This document shows positions 37,812 through 48,155 of a stretch of DNA of 64,000 nt, in pieces. Below the pieces are notes generated by a model, which worked only from the letters and a program-made list of their open reading frames with translations, searched no databases and was not told the origin of the DNA. The position numbers and the translations under genes are program-made. The DNA is taken from assembly GCA_002403305.1 (NCBI GenBank), contig DHHM01000017.1, positions 29,298-93,297 of the forward strand. The letters are read 5' to 3'. The stretch's first letter is position 1; every line of letters begins with the position of its first letter. This stretch comes from Bacteroidales bacterium UBA4772 (lineage in GTDB: Bacteria > Bacteroidota > Bacteroidia > Bacteroidales > VadinHA17).

Positions 37812-39005
37812 ATGTACAATCAATACCGGGATTATCTCAGGACGCAGATCCACGAGATAAAGGAAGCAGGGCTTTACAAGAAAGAACGTGTCATTGTCTC
37901 ACCGCAGGGTGCGGAGATTACTCTTGACACCGGTCAGCGGGTGCTTAACTTCTGTGCCAACAACTACCTGGGACTGTCGGCCAATGCAAAGCTGGTTGAA
38001 GCGGCAAGAAATGCACTTGATACTCACGGCTACGGTATGTCATCGGTACGCTTCATATGCGGTACAGGAGACCTGCATAAGGAACTGGAGCACAAACTTG
38101 CTGAGTTCTTCGGCACTGAGGATACCATACTCTATGCTGCCTGCTTCGATGCCAACGGCGGTGTGTTCGAGCCTCTTCTGACAAGCGAAGACGCCATAAT
38201 CTCCGATGCTCTTAACCACGCTTCCATAATTGATGGGGTGCGCCTCTGCAAGGCACAGCGTTACCGCTATGAGAATGCCGACATGGAAGACCTGGAGAGC
38301 CAGCTGCAGCAGGCACAGGAACAGCGCTTCAGGCTGGTGGTCACTGACGGTGTCTTCTCCATGGACGGCAACGTGGCTCCGCTTGACAGGATCTATGAGC
38401 TGGCAAACAAATACGACGCCATGGTCATGGTCGACGAGTCTCATTCAGCAGGCGTGGTGGGTGATACAGGCCGCGGTGTCACCGAGCTTTACAACCTGAA
38501 GGGTAAGATAGAGATCATCACCGGCACGCTGGGCAAAGCATTCGGAGGAGCCATCGGTGGATTCACCACCGGCAAGAAGGAGATCATCGAGATGCTGCGC
38601 CAGCGCTCGCGGCCATATCTCTTCAGCAACTCCATCCCGCCGCTGGTCGCTGCTGCAGGCATAAAGATGGTTGAGATGATGACAGAGACCAATGAGCTGC
38701 AGGACAAGCTCCATTTCAACACTAAATATTTCATGGACAGGATGCTGGATGCCGGCTTTGACATCAAGCCCACCCAGTCAGCAATCTGTGCCGTGATGCT
38801 CTATGACGCCAAACTGTCACAGGAAATGGCGGCAAAGCTTCTCGATGAAGGCATCTACGTCACCGGTTTCTACTACCCGGTAGTCCCCAAGGGCCAGGCC
38901 CGCATCAGGGTACAGCTCTCTGCAGCACACGGGCAGGAACATCTTGACAAGGCAATCGCTGCCTTCACCAGGGTAGGAAAAGAGCTGGGCATCTTAATGT
39001 ATTGA
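37812..39005 (+). CDS. kbl: 2-amino-3-ketobutyrate CoA ligase (glycine C-acetyltransferase)
   Basis: Near full-length collinearity with E. coli Kbl: FCANNYLGLS, ISDALNHASIIDGVRLCKA, TGTLGKAFGG and YPVVPKGQARIRVQLSAAH. Confidence 0.9.
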   Translation: MYNQYRDYLRTQIHEIKEAGLYKKERVIVSPQGAEITLDTGQRVLNFCANNYLGLSANAKLVEAARNALDTHGYGMSSVRFICGTGDLHKELEHKLAEFFGTEDTILYAACFDANGGVFEPLLTSEDAIISDALNHASIIDGVRLCKAQRYRYENADMEDLESQLQQAQEQRFRLVVTDGVFSMDGNVAPLDRIYELANKYDAMVMVDESHSAGVVGDTGRGVTELYNLKGKIEIITGTLGKAFGGAIGGFTTGKKEIIEMLRQRSRPYLFSNSIPPLVAAAGIKMVEMMTETNELQDKLHFNTKYFMDRMLDAGFDIKPTQSAICAVMLYDAKLSQEMAAKLLDEGIYVTGFYYPVVPKGQARIRVQLSAAHGQEHLDKAIAAFTRVGKELGILMY

Positions 39006-39098
39006 ATCTTTTTGCGTCATTCATTATTAAATATATATTAACAGAGGATAAAAATTAAATATTTTAATCCTTTTTGTTTGGCCATTAAAAAATGTTTT

Positions 39099-39106
39099 TA
39101 CTTTTG
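39099..39106 (+). promoter_or_regulatory. -7 box TACTTTTG, with TTTG about 19 nt upstream
   Basis: Matches TAnnTTTG. A -33-like TTTG sits at 39077-39080. Confidence 0.45.
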
Positions 39107-39124
39107 TCACTTCAATTTGAGTTT

Positions 39125-39184
39125 ATGAACCACATTTCACTGTTTATTATTGCCCTCACACTTATTATCGCTTCGAGCGCATAA
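39125..39184 (+). CDS. ilv/leu operon leader peptide MNHISLFIIALTLIIASSA
   Basis: 19 codons, five Ile and three Leu. It lies between the promoter box and the terminator that precedes ilvD. Confidence 0.6.
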   Translation: MNHISLFIIALTLIIASSA

Positions 39185-39221
39185 TCGGGGAGTAATATAT
39201 AGTTAAGAATAATAGTATACG

Positions 39222-39254
39222 AAAGCTTCCCGGAAAACCGGGAAGCTTTTTTTT
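39222..39254 (+). terminator. attenuator terminator upstream of ilvD
   Basis: AAAGCTTCCCGG-AAAA-CCGGGAAGCTTT followed by T8. It ends 14 nt before the ilvD ATG. Confidence 0.8.
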
Positions 39255-39267
39255 AAACAGTTCATCA

Positions 39268-41094
39268 ATGAAAAGAGAACTCAGGAGCCTGAGAACAATG
39301 ACCGGCAGGACCATGGCCGGGGCAAGGAGCCTCTGGAGGGCAAACGGCATGAAGGAGGAACAGTTCGGGAAACCGGTGATAGCAATTGTCAATTCATTCT
39401 CACAGTTCGTTCCGGGTCATATGCACCTGCACCAGGTCGGGCAGGCTGTAAAGAAGGAGATTGAGAGTCTTGGCATGTTCGCCGCAGAGTTCAACACCAT
39501 AGCCATCGATGACGGCATAGCCATGGGCCACGGGGGTATGCTCTATTCACTCCCCTCGCGTGAACTTATTGCCGACAGTGTCGAGTATGTCTGCAATGCC
39601 CACTGTGCTGACGCCATGATATGCATAAGCAACTGCGACAAAATCACCCCCGGGATGCTCATGGCTGCCATGCGCCTCAACATACCTGCGGTATTCGTCT
39701 CCGGAGGTCCTATGGAGGCCGGCAGGGCAGGAGGAAAAGCTGTTGATCTGATCACTGCCATGGTGGCTGCAGCTGACGACAGCGTCACTGACGAAAACCT
39801 GCTTGAGATAGAACGATCGGCCTGCCCCACCTGCGGATCCTGCTCGGGCATGTTCACCGCCAACTCAATGAACTGCCTGTCAGAGGCTCTCGGACTGGCA
39901 CTGCCAGGCAACGGCACCGTGGTGGCCACCCACACCAACAGGAGTCAGCTCTTTACCCGGGCCGCCAGGCTGATAACAGAACTGGCACAGAAATATTACG
40001 AACAAGGGGATGAATCCGTACTGCCACGTTCCATTGCCACACGAGCTGCCTTCATCAATGCCATGTCGCTTGACATGGCGATGGGGGGATCCACCAACAC
40101 TGTCCTCCACCTACTTGCCATTGCCCGTGCTGCCGGAGTTGATTTTACCATGAAAGACATTGATGAACTCTCACGCACAGTTCCCAACATATGCAGGGTC
40201 TCCCCCTCCTCATCTTTTCACATTGAAGATATCAACCGTGCCGGAGGGGTCTTTGCCATACTCGGAGAACTGGAACGAGCCGGACTGCTCGACACCTCAG
40301 TGAGAAGAGTCGACTACCCTACACTGGGGGAAGCGATTGATGAATGGGATATTATCAGCCCTACCGCCTTGCCGCAGGCTCATCATCTCTTCCTGAGCGC
40401 CCCCGGTGGTGTGAGGAGCACACTGGGCGGCACTGTAACAGAACTGTATACCTCACCAGATAAGGACAGGATCAGCGGGGCCATAAGAGATGTCAGCCAT
40501 CCATATAATGCTGACGGAGGACTGGCAGTGCTTTACGGCAACCTGGCACCGGACGGATGCATAGTGAAGAGTGCCGGCATCGACAGTTCGATGCTCAGCT
40601 TCAGCGGCACGGCAGTGACCTTTGACTCCCAGGAAGAAGCTGTCACAGGAATACTGAACGGGAAGGTGAAAGAGGGCGACGCAGTTGTGATACGCTACGA
40701 AGGTCCGCGTGGCGGTCCGGGCATGCAGGAGATGCTATACCCCACCTCTTACCTCAAATCCAAAGGGCTGGATAAAAAATGTGCACTCATAACAGACGGT
40801 CGCTTCTCCGGAGGCACGGCAGGACTCTCAGTGGGACATGTCTCACCCGAGGCCGCAGCCGGTGGAACCATCGCCCTGGTCAATGACGGCGATATTATTG
40901 AGCTCGACATACCGGGAAGACTCATCAGACTGGCAGTCACTGAAACAAATCTGGAAGAGAGGCGTCGCAAAGAAATGCAAAAAGGAGCCCGGGCGTTCAC
41001 CCCGGCAGGCAGAAAACGGGTCATACCGTCGTCGCTGCAGGTATACGCTGCCCACGTGAGCTCGGCAGACCAGGGAGCAGTGAGACTATTATGA
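39268..41094 (+). CDS. ilvD: dihydroxy-acid dehydratase
   Basis: [16 protein letters not shown]...[19 protein letters not shown] ... [11 protein letters not shown] is collinear with E. coli IlvD. Confidence 0.95.
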   Translation: MKRELRSLRTMTGRTMAGARSLWRANGMKEEQFGKPVIAIVNSFSQFVPGHMHLHQVGQAVKKEIESLGMFAAEFNTIAIDDGIAMGHGGMLYSLPSRELIADSVEYVCNAHCADAMICISNCDKITPGMLMAAMRLNIPAVFVSGGPMEAGRAGGKAVDLITAMVAAADDSVTDENLLEIERSACPTCGSCSGMFTANSMNCLSEALGLALPGNGTVVATHTNRSQLFTRAARLITELAQKYYEQGDESVLPRSIATRAAFINAMSLDMAMGGSTNTVLHLLAIARAAGVDFTMKDIDELSRTVPNICRVSPSSSFHIEDINRAGGVFAILGELERAGLLDTSVRRVDYPTLGEAIDEWDIISPTALPQAHHLFLSAPGGVRSTLGGTVTELYTSPDKDRISGAIRDVSHPYNADGGLAVLYGNLAPDGCIVKSAGIDSSMLSFSGTAVTFDSQEEAVTGILNGKVKEGDAVVIRYEGPRGGPGMQEMLYPTSYLKSKGLDKKCALITDGRFSGGTAGLSVGHVSPEAAAGGTIALVNDGDIIELDIPGRLIRLAVTETNLEERRRKEMQKGARAFTPAGRKRVIPSSLQVYAAHVSSADQGAVRLL

Positions 41095-41110
41095 CAATAA
41101 AACAGGCATA

Positions 41111-42853
41111 ATGAAAGAGAAAACTAAAACTGCCGGAGGACAGGATATGAATAACTATGAAGCAGAGGTCACGGGAGCCGAAGCACTCCTTAAATGTCTC
41201 ATTGAAGAGGGCGTTGATACAATATTCGGTTATCCCGGGGGAGCAATTATGCCTGTCTACGACAAACTGCTTGATTACAGCGACAGGCTCCGGCACATAC
41301 TGACACGTCATGAACAGGGGGCTGCTCACGCCGCACAGGCATACGCCATGGTAACCGGAAGACCGGGAGTATGCTTCGCCACATCAGGACCGGGGGCAAC
41401 AAACCTCGTGACAGGGATAGCCAATGCGTTCCTCGACTCCGTGCCGGTGGTATTCATCACGGCACAGGTAACATCAGGACTTATCGGTACCGACGCTTTT
41501 CAGGAGACTGATATACTCGGCATCTCGACGCCGGTGACCAAGTGGAATGCCCAGGTCAAAAAGGCGGCCGATATTCCTGACACCATTGCGCGCGCATTTT
41601 ACATCGCCAGGTCGGGCCGTCCGGGCCCCGTACTGGTAGATATCTCGAAGGATGCACAATTTGAAAATCTCAGCTATAGCTACCGGAAATGCACATACAT
41701 AAGAAGTTATAACCCGGTCATCCCTCTTCATATCAGGGATATTGAATCAGCGGCCGTAATGATCAATCATGCGGATAAACCCCTTATCCTGGCAGGCCAC
41801 GGCGTTATCCTCTCCGGTGCCGCAGATGAACTGAAAGCCTTAGCTGAAAAGGGAGGTATCCCCGTTGCAGCAACGCTTCTCGGACTGCCGGCTTTCCCGC
41901 AGAGGCACAGGCTTTTCGCAGGAATGCTGGGCATGCATGGCAACTATGCACCCAATGTCCTAACCAACCAGGCAGACCTCATCATCGCAATAGGCATGCG
42001 CTTCGATGACAGGGTTACCGGTAACCTTAAAAAGTATGCACCTGAAGCCAGGATAATTCATATTGAGATTGATAAGGCGGAAATCAATAAAAATGTAAGG
42101 GTCGACCTTGAGATCAACAATGATGCACGGGAAGTCCTTACGGCTCTCCTTCCACTTCTGCGTGAGAAGAGCCGTGAGAAATGGATAAGGGAGTTCAGAA
42201 TCCTCGACCGGGTGGAGTATGAAAAGGTTATCAGACCGGAGACAGAGCCCGGCGAGGGTGAAATCCGAATGGGGGAAGTTGTGAATACAGTCTCGGACAT
42301 TACGGAAGGTGATGCGGTCATCGTCACTGACGTGGGGCAGCATCAGATGGCAGTGGCACGCTATTACCGTTTCAGTGAGAAGAGCATTCTGGTGACATCA
42401 GGCGGGATGGGCACCATGGGATTCGGCCTCCCGGCATCGCTGGGAGCAGCATCAGGAAATCCCGGCAAACCTGTTATTGCCTTTATCGGGGACGGCGGCT
42501 TCCAGATGACGCTTCAGGAGCTGGGAACCATAATGCAGTATCAGATCCCCGTCAAAATAATTCTCCTCAACAACAGCTTCCTGGGCATGGTACGCCAATG
42601 GCAGGAGATGTTCTTCAACGGAAGGTACGCCTCTACTGAAATGGTAAACCCCGACTTTGTGGCCCTGGCCGGAGCCTACGGCATCCAGGCCCGCAGCGTG
42701 ACACGCCGTGAGGAGCTAAGCCAGGCAGTGGGGACAATGCTTGCTGCCGAAGGCCCATTCCTGGTTGAGGTAGCCATAGGCAGGGAGGCTAATATCCTTC
42801 CTATGGTCGAACCCGGGGCATCAGTCTCAGAAGTCACACTAACATACAGATAA
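41111..42853 (+). CDS. ilvB: acetolactate synthase large subunit
   Basis: ThDP enzyme with FGYPGGAIMPVYD and GDGGFQM...LNN motifs. Confidence 0.92.
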   Translation: MKEKTKTAGGQDMNNYEAEVTGAEALLKCLIEEGVDTIFGYPGGAIMPVYDKLLDYSDRLRHILTRHEQGAAHAAQAYAMVTGRPGVCFATSGPGATNLVTGIANAFLDSVPVVFITAQVTSGLIGTDAFQETDILGISTPVTKWNAQVKKAADIPDTIARAFYIARSGRPGPVLVDISKDAQFENLSYSYRKCTYIRSYNPVIPLHIRDIESAAVMINHADKPLILAGHGVILSGAADELKALAEKGGIPVAATLLGLPAFPQRHRLFAGMLGMHGNYAPNVLTNQADLIIAIGMRFDDRVTGNLKKYAPEARIIHIEIDKAEINKNVRVDLEINNDAREVLTALLPLLREKSREKWIREFRILDRVEYEKVIRPETEPGEGEIRMGEVVNTVSDITEGDAVIVTDVGQHQMAVARYYRFSEKSILVTSGGMGTMGFGLPASLGAASGNPGKPVIAFIGDGGFQMTLQELGTIMQYQIPVKIILLNNSFLGMVRQWQEMFFNGRYASTEMVNPDFVALAGAYGIQARSVTRREELSQAVGTMLAAEGPFLVEVAIGREANILPMVEPGASVSEVTLTYR

Positions 42854-42858
42854 TCATT

Positions 42859-43419
42859 ATGAAGCAGGAATATACAATATCGCTCTTTACTGAGGATCAT
42901 ATAGGAATCCTCAGCAGGATAACCCTTATCCTTACCCGGAGACAGATAAACATAGAAAGCATTACTGCCTCGGAATCTGCAGTCAAAGGTGTTCAGATGC
43001 TTACCATGGTGGTCACCACTACGCCTGACATGGTGAATAAGGTTGCCACACAGATTGAAAAACTGGTCGATGTCATCAAGGTATTCGTGCACACCTCCCC
43101 TGAGATAATATGCCAGGAGATAGCACTGTATAAAGTCACCTCCAGGGGGCTGATGTCAGGCAGTATGATTGGCGATCTCGTACGGAAACATCATGCCCGC
43201 ATACTTGAAGTGACACCTGAATATATCGTCGTGGAGAAGAGTGGCAACAGGGCTGAGATAACTGATCTCCTGGCTGTTCTTGAACCATGCGGCGTGCTTC
43301 AGTTCGTCAGGTCGGGCAGGATAGCTGTAACAAGACAGGTCAAGGAGCTGAATGCATACCTGAAAGAGATGGAGGAAGCCGAACGGGGAGGACCTGAAAA
43401 ACTTGAAGTATATAATTAA
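42859..43419 (+). CDS. ilvN: acetolactate synthase small (regulatory) subunit
   Basis: ACT domain LFTEDHIGILSRITLILTRRQINIESI. Position directly after ilvB. Confidence 0.88.
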   Translation: MKQEYTISLFTEDHIGILSRITLILTRRQINIESITASESAVKGVQMLTMVVTTTPDMVNKVATQIEKLVDVIKVFVHTSPEIICQEIALYKVTSRGLMSGSMIGDLVRKHHARILEVTPEYIVVEKSGNRAEITDLLAVLEPCGVLQFVRSGRIAVTRQVKELNAYLKEMEEAERGGPEKLEVYN

Positions 43420-43450
43420 CTGAATTACACTAATCTAACAATAGACAATT

Positions 43451-44497
43451 ATGGCACAGATCGATTTTGGAGGAGTAACAGAGAGTGTTGTGACAAGGGA
43501 AGAGTTTCCGCTCTCAAAAGCACGTGAAGTATTGAAGAATGAAGTTGTGGCCGTCATCGGGTACGGGGTCCAGGGGCCGGCACAGGCTATGAACATGAGA
43601 GACAACGGCATCAACGTGATTATAGGACAGGCACCCGAATTCAAAAATGACTGGGAGAGGGCTGTGGCTGACGGGTTCGTTCCCGGGAAAACTCTCTTCG
43701 GTATTGAGGAGGCTGCAGAGAGAGGCACCATCATTCAGTACCTTGTCTCCGATGCAGCTCAGAGGACCCTCTGGCCCCGGATAAAACCCTGTCTTACGAC
43801 AGGCAAGGCGCTATACTTCTCTCACGGCTTCTCCGTCACATATAAGGAACATACCGGTGTGGTCCCTCCTCCGGATATAGACGTCATCCTCTGTGCTCCG
43901 AAAGGTTCAGGAACCAGTGTAAGACGCAACTTCCTCGCCGGCGCCGGCATCAACTCAAGCTACTCCGTCTTTCATGATCATACAGGCAGGGCTGAAGAGC
44001 GTACCATTGCCCTCGGCATCGCCATTGGCTCAGGTTACCTCTTCCCCACCACATTCGAGAAGGAGGTGTTCAGTGATCTTACAGGTGAGCGTGGTGTGCT
44101 CATGGGCGCCCTCGAGGGTATCATGGAGGCACAGTACCAGGTGCTGCGCGATAACGGCCATTCACCGTCGGAAGCCTTTAACGAGACAGTGGAGGAGCTG
44201 ACGCAGAGCCTGATACGGCTTGTTGACGAGAAGGGGATGGACTGGATGTATGCCAACTGCAGCGCCACGGCGCAGCGCGGCGCTCTCGACTGGAAACCGA
44301 AGTTCAGGGAGGCCACACTGCCGGTCTTCAGGGATCTGTATGACAAAGTCAGCTCAGGAGAAGAGTGTGTCAGGGTACTCACTTCAACCGGGTCAGCCGA
44401 CTACCGCGAAAAGCTCGATGCGGAGCTAAAGGAGATGGGCAGATCAGAGCTCTGGAGAACAGGTGCGGCAGTGAGAAAACTGAGACCTCAGAAATAA
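43451..44497 (+). CDS. ilvC: ketol-acid reductoisomerase
   Basis: [21 protein letters not shown] Rossmann motif and the class I KARI length. Confidence 0.93.
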   Translation: MAQIDFGGVTESVVTREEFPLSKAREVLKNEVVAVIGYGVQGPAQAMNMRDNGINVIIGQAPEFKNDWERAVADGFVPGKTLFGIEEAAERGTIIQYLVSDAAQRTLWPRIKPCLTTGKALYFSHGFSVTYKEHTGVVPPPDIDVILCAPKGSGTSVRRNFLAGAGINSSYSVFHDHTGRAEERTIALGIAIGSGYLFPTTFEKEVFSDLTGERGVLMGALEGIMEAQYQVLRDNGHSPSEAFNETVEELTQSLIRLVDEKGMDWMYANCSATAQRGALDWKPKFREATLPVFRDLYDKVSSGEECVRVLTSTGSADYREKLDAELKEMGRSELWRTGAAVRKLRPQK

Positions 44498-44516
44498 CAT
44501 TCACCAAACAGATATT

Positions 44517-46034
44517 ATGGAAAACAACAGGGTAATAATATTCGATACGACCCTCCGTGACGGTGAGCAGGTACCAGGCTGCCAGCTCAACACGGTTGAG
44601 AAGATTGAAGTTGCGAGGGCACTGGAGGCACTGGGAGTGGATGTGATCGAGGCAGGGTTCCCCGTATCGAGTCCGGGCGACTTCAGGTCGGTGGTAGAAA
44701 TATCAAAGGCAGTCCGTAACCCGGTCATCTGTGCCCTGACAAGAGCCGTGAAAAAGGACATAGAGGTGGCAGCCGAGTCCCTCAGGTATGCTGAGAGAAA
44801 GCGGATTCACACAGGAATAGGTACATCCCCTTACCATATTCAGCACAAGATCAAAACGACGCCGGAAGAGATAATCAAAAGAGCCGTCGATGCCGTTAAA
44901 TACGCCAGGAAATTTGTTGACGACGTGGAATTCTACGCCGAAGATGCCGGCAGAAGCGACAACGCCTATCTCGCCAGGGTGATCGAAGCTGTCATAAAAG
45001 CAGGGGCCACAGTGGTAAACATACCTGATACAACAGGTTATTGCCTCCCGGAGGAATACGGCGTCAAGATCAGATACCTCGTCGAGAATGTCCCGAACAT
45101 TGACCAGGCAGTCATCTCAACACACTGTCACAATGACCTCGGGATGGCCACCGCAAACACAATGATGGGCATCATCAACGGAGCCCGCCAGGCGGAGGTG
45201 ACAATCAACGGCATTGGCGAGAGGGCAGGTAACACATCGCTTGAAGAGGTGGCAATGATCATAAAGAGCCATCATGACCTGAAGCTCTCCACCGGCATCA
45301 ACCCGAAGCTGATATTCAGCACCAGCAGGTTGGTCTCCACACTGATGAGCATGCCCGTACAGGCCAACAAGGCTATTGTCGGGAGAAATGCCTTTGCCCA
45401 CTCGTCAGGAATACACCAGGACGGTGTTCTCAAGAACCGTGAAAACTACGAGATAATTGATCCTAAGGAGGTGGGCATAAGGGAATCTTCAATCATCCTT
45501 ACGGCCCGCAGCGGCAGGGCGGCTCTCAATCACAGGCTCGACCTGCTGGGCATTAAACTGGGGAAGGAGGAGCTTGATGAGATCTATCACCGTTTCCTCA
45601 TCCTTGCCGACAAGAAAAAGGAGATCAATGACGAGGATATTAAGATCCTGTCAGGAGAGGTCTTCAGGGGTGAGAAGAGGCTTAAGCTGGAGACATTGCA
45701 GGTCCTGTGCGGCAACTCGGTCACCCCGGTGGCAACAGTAGGCGTGAGGATCAACGGCGAGGTGCATACTTCCACCGCCCCGGGGAACGGTCCTATCGAC
45801 GCCGCCCTGACAGCCGTCAAACACCTGATCCATGACAATGTACACCTCGAGGAGTTCCTGATACAGGCAATAACGCGGGGAAGCGACGATATCGGCAAGG
45901 TGCATATCCAGGTTGAGCATGAAGGAAAGATCTTTTATGGCTTCTCAGCAAACACGGATATAATTACTGCCTCCGTTGAGGCATTCATTGATGCTGTTTC
46001 AAGGATTGACAATGGAGCCACGGACACTGTTTGA
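44517..46034 (+). CDS. leuA: 2-isopropylmalate synthase
   Basis: [20 protein letters not shown], and a C-terminal LeuA dimerisation/regulatory domain. Confidence 0.93.
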   Translation: MENNRVIIFDTTLRDGEQVPGCQLNTVEKIEVARALEALGVDVIEAGFPVSSPGDFRSVVEISKAVRNPVICALTRAVKKDIEVAAESLRYAERKRIHTGIGTSPYHIQHKIKTTPEEIIKRAVDAVKYARKFVDDVEFYAEDAGRSDNAYLARVIEAVIKAGATVVNIPDTTGYCLPEEYGVKIRYLVENVPNIDQAVISTHCHNDLGMATANTMMGIINGARQAEVTINGIGERAGNTSLEEVAMIIKSHHDLKLSTGINPKLIFSTSRLVSTLMSMPVQANKAIVGRNAFAHSSGIHQDGVLKNRENYEIIDPKEVGIRESSIILTARSGRAALNHRLDLLGIKLGKEELDEIYHRFLILADKKKEINDEDIKILSGEVFRGEKRLKLETLQVLCGNSVTPVATVGVRINGEVHTSTAPGNGPIDAALTAVKHLIHDNVHLEEFLIQAITRGSDDIGKVHIQVEHEGKIFYGFSANTDIITASVEAFIDAVSRIDNGATDTV

Positions 46035-47424
46035 CAAGATCTGGGATCCACATGTCGTGAAGTCTGTTGAGGACGGTCCGGATGTGCTATATATCGACCG
46101 CCACTATATCCATGAGGTCACCAGCCCCCAGGCGTTTCCGGGCCTTCGGCAACGGCGCATCGGGGTCTTCAGGCCTGAAAAGACCACAGCGGTGGCAGAC
46201 CACAACATACCCACCACAGATCAACATCTTCCGATAAGGGATGCCGTCTCACGGGCACAGGTGGAAGCCCTGGCAGACAACTGCAGGGTAGCCGGGATCG
46301 AGTACTTCGGCATAGGTCATCACAATAACGGTATTGTCCATGTCACAGGCCCTGAACTGGGGAAAACCCTGCCCGGGATGACTATAGTATGCGGCGACAG
46401 TCACACATCAACCCACGGAGCTTTTGGTACCATTGCTTTCGGCATAGGTACCAGCGAAGTGGAGATGGTGCTGGCGTCACAGTGCATCCTTCAGACCAGG
46501 CCGGCAAGGATGAGGATAACCGTCAACGGAGAACTCAGTAAAGGGGTGACGCCCAAAGATCTGATCCTATATATTATCTCTTCCATCTCCACCAGCGGTG
46601 CCGCCGGTTATTTCGTCGAATATGCAGGAGAGGCTATAAAAAGCCTGGGTATGGAGGCCAGAATGACCATTTGCAACATGAGCATTGAAATGGGAGCCCG
46701 CGGTGGCCTGATAGCACCTGATGAGATCACCATTGATTATCTCTCGCGAATCCCTTCATTCAACAGAAACCCTGAAGCCGAAAGCCTTACTGAGAATTGG
46801 CTCTCACTGCGGACTGACCCCGGGGCGGTATTTGACAGGGAACTGGAGTTTGATGCCTCATCCGTACCGCCAATGATAACCTGGGGGACAAACCCGGGAA
46901 TGGGTATGGCTGTCGATGGAAAAATACCTGAAGCAGACCAGCCCGGACCTGGCGGCAACGACTCCTTTCTGAAGGCACTTGAGTATATGGGCTTTAAACC
47001 GGGAATGAAGCTCCTGGGCCATCCTGTGGACTATGTCTTCCTGGGTAGTTGCACCAACGGCCGCATAGAAGATCTCAGGGCTTTTGCCTCTATGGTGGAG
47101 GGAAGGCAAAAAGCCCCGGGAGTAACGGTACTTATAGTGCCCGGATCACAGCAAGTTGCACGGCAGGCAGAAGAGGAAGGGCTTACAGAAATATTTAAAA
47201 GGGCAGGCTTTGCTATGAGACAGCCCGGATGCTCATCATGCCTTGCAATGAATGATGATAAGATACCTCCAGGGAAATATTCTGTCTCAACCTCGAACCG
47301 TAATTTCGAGGGGAGACAGGGTCCCGGGGCAAGGACAATCCTTGCGGGGCCGCTTGCCGCTGCTGCCGCTGCAGTTACTGGAAGGATAACAGACCCGAGG
47401 GAACTGATACGGGTTTGTGATTGA
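46012..47424 (+). CDS. leuC: 3-isopropylmalate dehydratase large subunit
   Basis: [16 protein letters not shown]..., CGDSHT and [11 protein letters not shown]. It overlaps the leuA end by 23 nt. Confidence 0.93.
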   Translation: MEPRTLFDKIWDPHVVKSVEDGPDVLYIDRHYIHEVTSPQAFPGLRQRRIGVFRPEKTTAVADHNIPTTDQHLPIRDAVSRAQVEALADNCRVAGIEYFGIGHHNNGIVHVTGPELGKTLPGMTIVCGDSHTSTHGAFGTIAFGIGTSEVEMVLASQCILQTRPARMRITVNGELSKGVTPKDLILYIISSISTSGAAGYFVEYAGEAIKSLGMEARMTICNMSIEMGARGGLIAPDEITIDYLSRIPSFNRNPEAESLTENWLSLRTDPGAVFDRELEFDASSVPPMITWGTNPGMGMAVDGKIPEADQPGPGGNDSFLKALEYMGFKPGMKLLGHPVDYVFLGSCTNGRIEDLRAFASMVEGRQKAPGVTVLIVPGSQQVARQAEEEGLTEIFKRAGFAMRQPGCSSCLAMNDDKIPPGKYSVSTSNRNFEGRQGPGARTILAGPLAAAAAAVTGRITDPRELIRVCD

Positions 47425-47439
47425 TAAAACCGACAGGCA

Positions 47440-48042
47440 ATGAACAGAAGAAAATTTACCATACTGGAGTCAACATGTGTCCCCCTGCCCCTCGGAAATG
47501 TTGATACCGATCAGATCATACCTGCGAGGTTCCTGAGCGCTACTTCAAGAGAAGGGTTTGGTAAAAACCTCTTCCGCGACTGGCGGTATGACAAGAATGG
47601 CAATGAAATAAAGGATTTCGTTCTCAACCGGCCGGAATACGGAGGATCCATACTTGTCGCCGGTAGTAACTTCGGATGTGGCTCCAGCCGCGAACATGCG
47701 GTATGGGCTATCGCCGACTACGGCTTCAGGGCGGTTGTCTCTGACTCCTTCGCCGATATCTTCCGGAACAACGCACTTAATAACGGATTGCTGCCGGTGG
47801 AGATACCCTCCGGCATGCTCAGTGACCTGACTGAACAGATAGGAGCGAATCCTGGTATAATAGTGAAAATTGACCTTGAACGGCAGATTATCTCGGCTGA
47901 TGAGACCGGTATGTCTGTCCCCTTTGCAATAAATTCCTTCAGGAAGCAATGCCTGCTCAATGGTCTTGACAACGTCGGTTTCCTGGTAAATATGAGAAGC
48001 AGGATTATTGAATATGAAAAGAGCAGAGGAGGCCCGGGATGA
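47440..48042 (+). CDS. leuD: 3-isopropylmalate dehydratase small subunit
   Basis: NVDTDQIIPARFL and GSNFGCGSSREHA. Confidence 0.93.
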   Translation: MNRRKFTILESTCVPLPLGNVDTDQIIPARFLSATSREGFGKNLFRDWRYDKNGNEIKDFVLNRPEYGGSILVAGSNFGCGSSREHAVWAIADYGFRAVVSDSFADIFRNNALNNGLLPVEIPSGMLSDLTEQIGANPGIIVKIDLERQIISADETGMSVPFAINSFRKQCLLNGLDNVGFLVNMRSRIIEYEKSRGGPG

Positions 48043-48155
48043 GGATTGAGATAATGGATACAACTCTTCGCGACGGCGAACAGACACAGGGCCTCTCCTG
48101 TTCGCCGCTGAAGACTTCAGTATTTAACGGAAAATCAGTTTCAGATGGAATTTAA
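48039..48155 (+). pseudogene. remnant of a second LeuA/CimA-family (citramalate/IPM synthase) gene
   Basis: An ATGA overlap with the leuD stop is followed by [18 protein letters not shown], the family N-terminal signature. Unrelated sequence follows, with a stop inside the leuB start. Confidence 0.6.
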
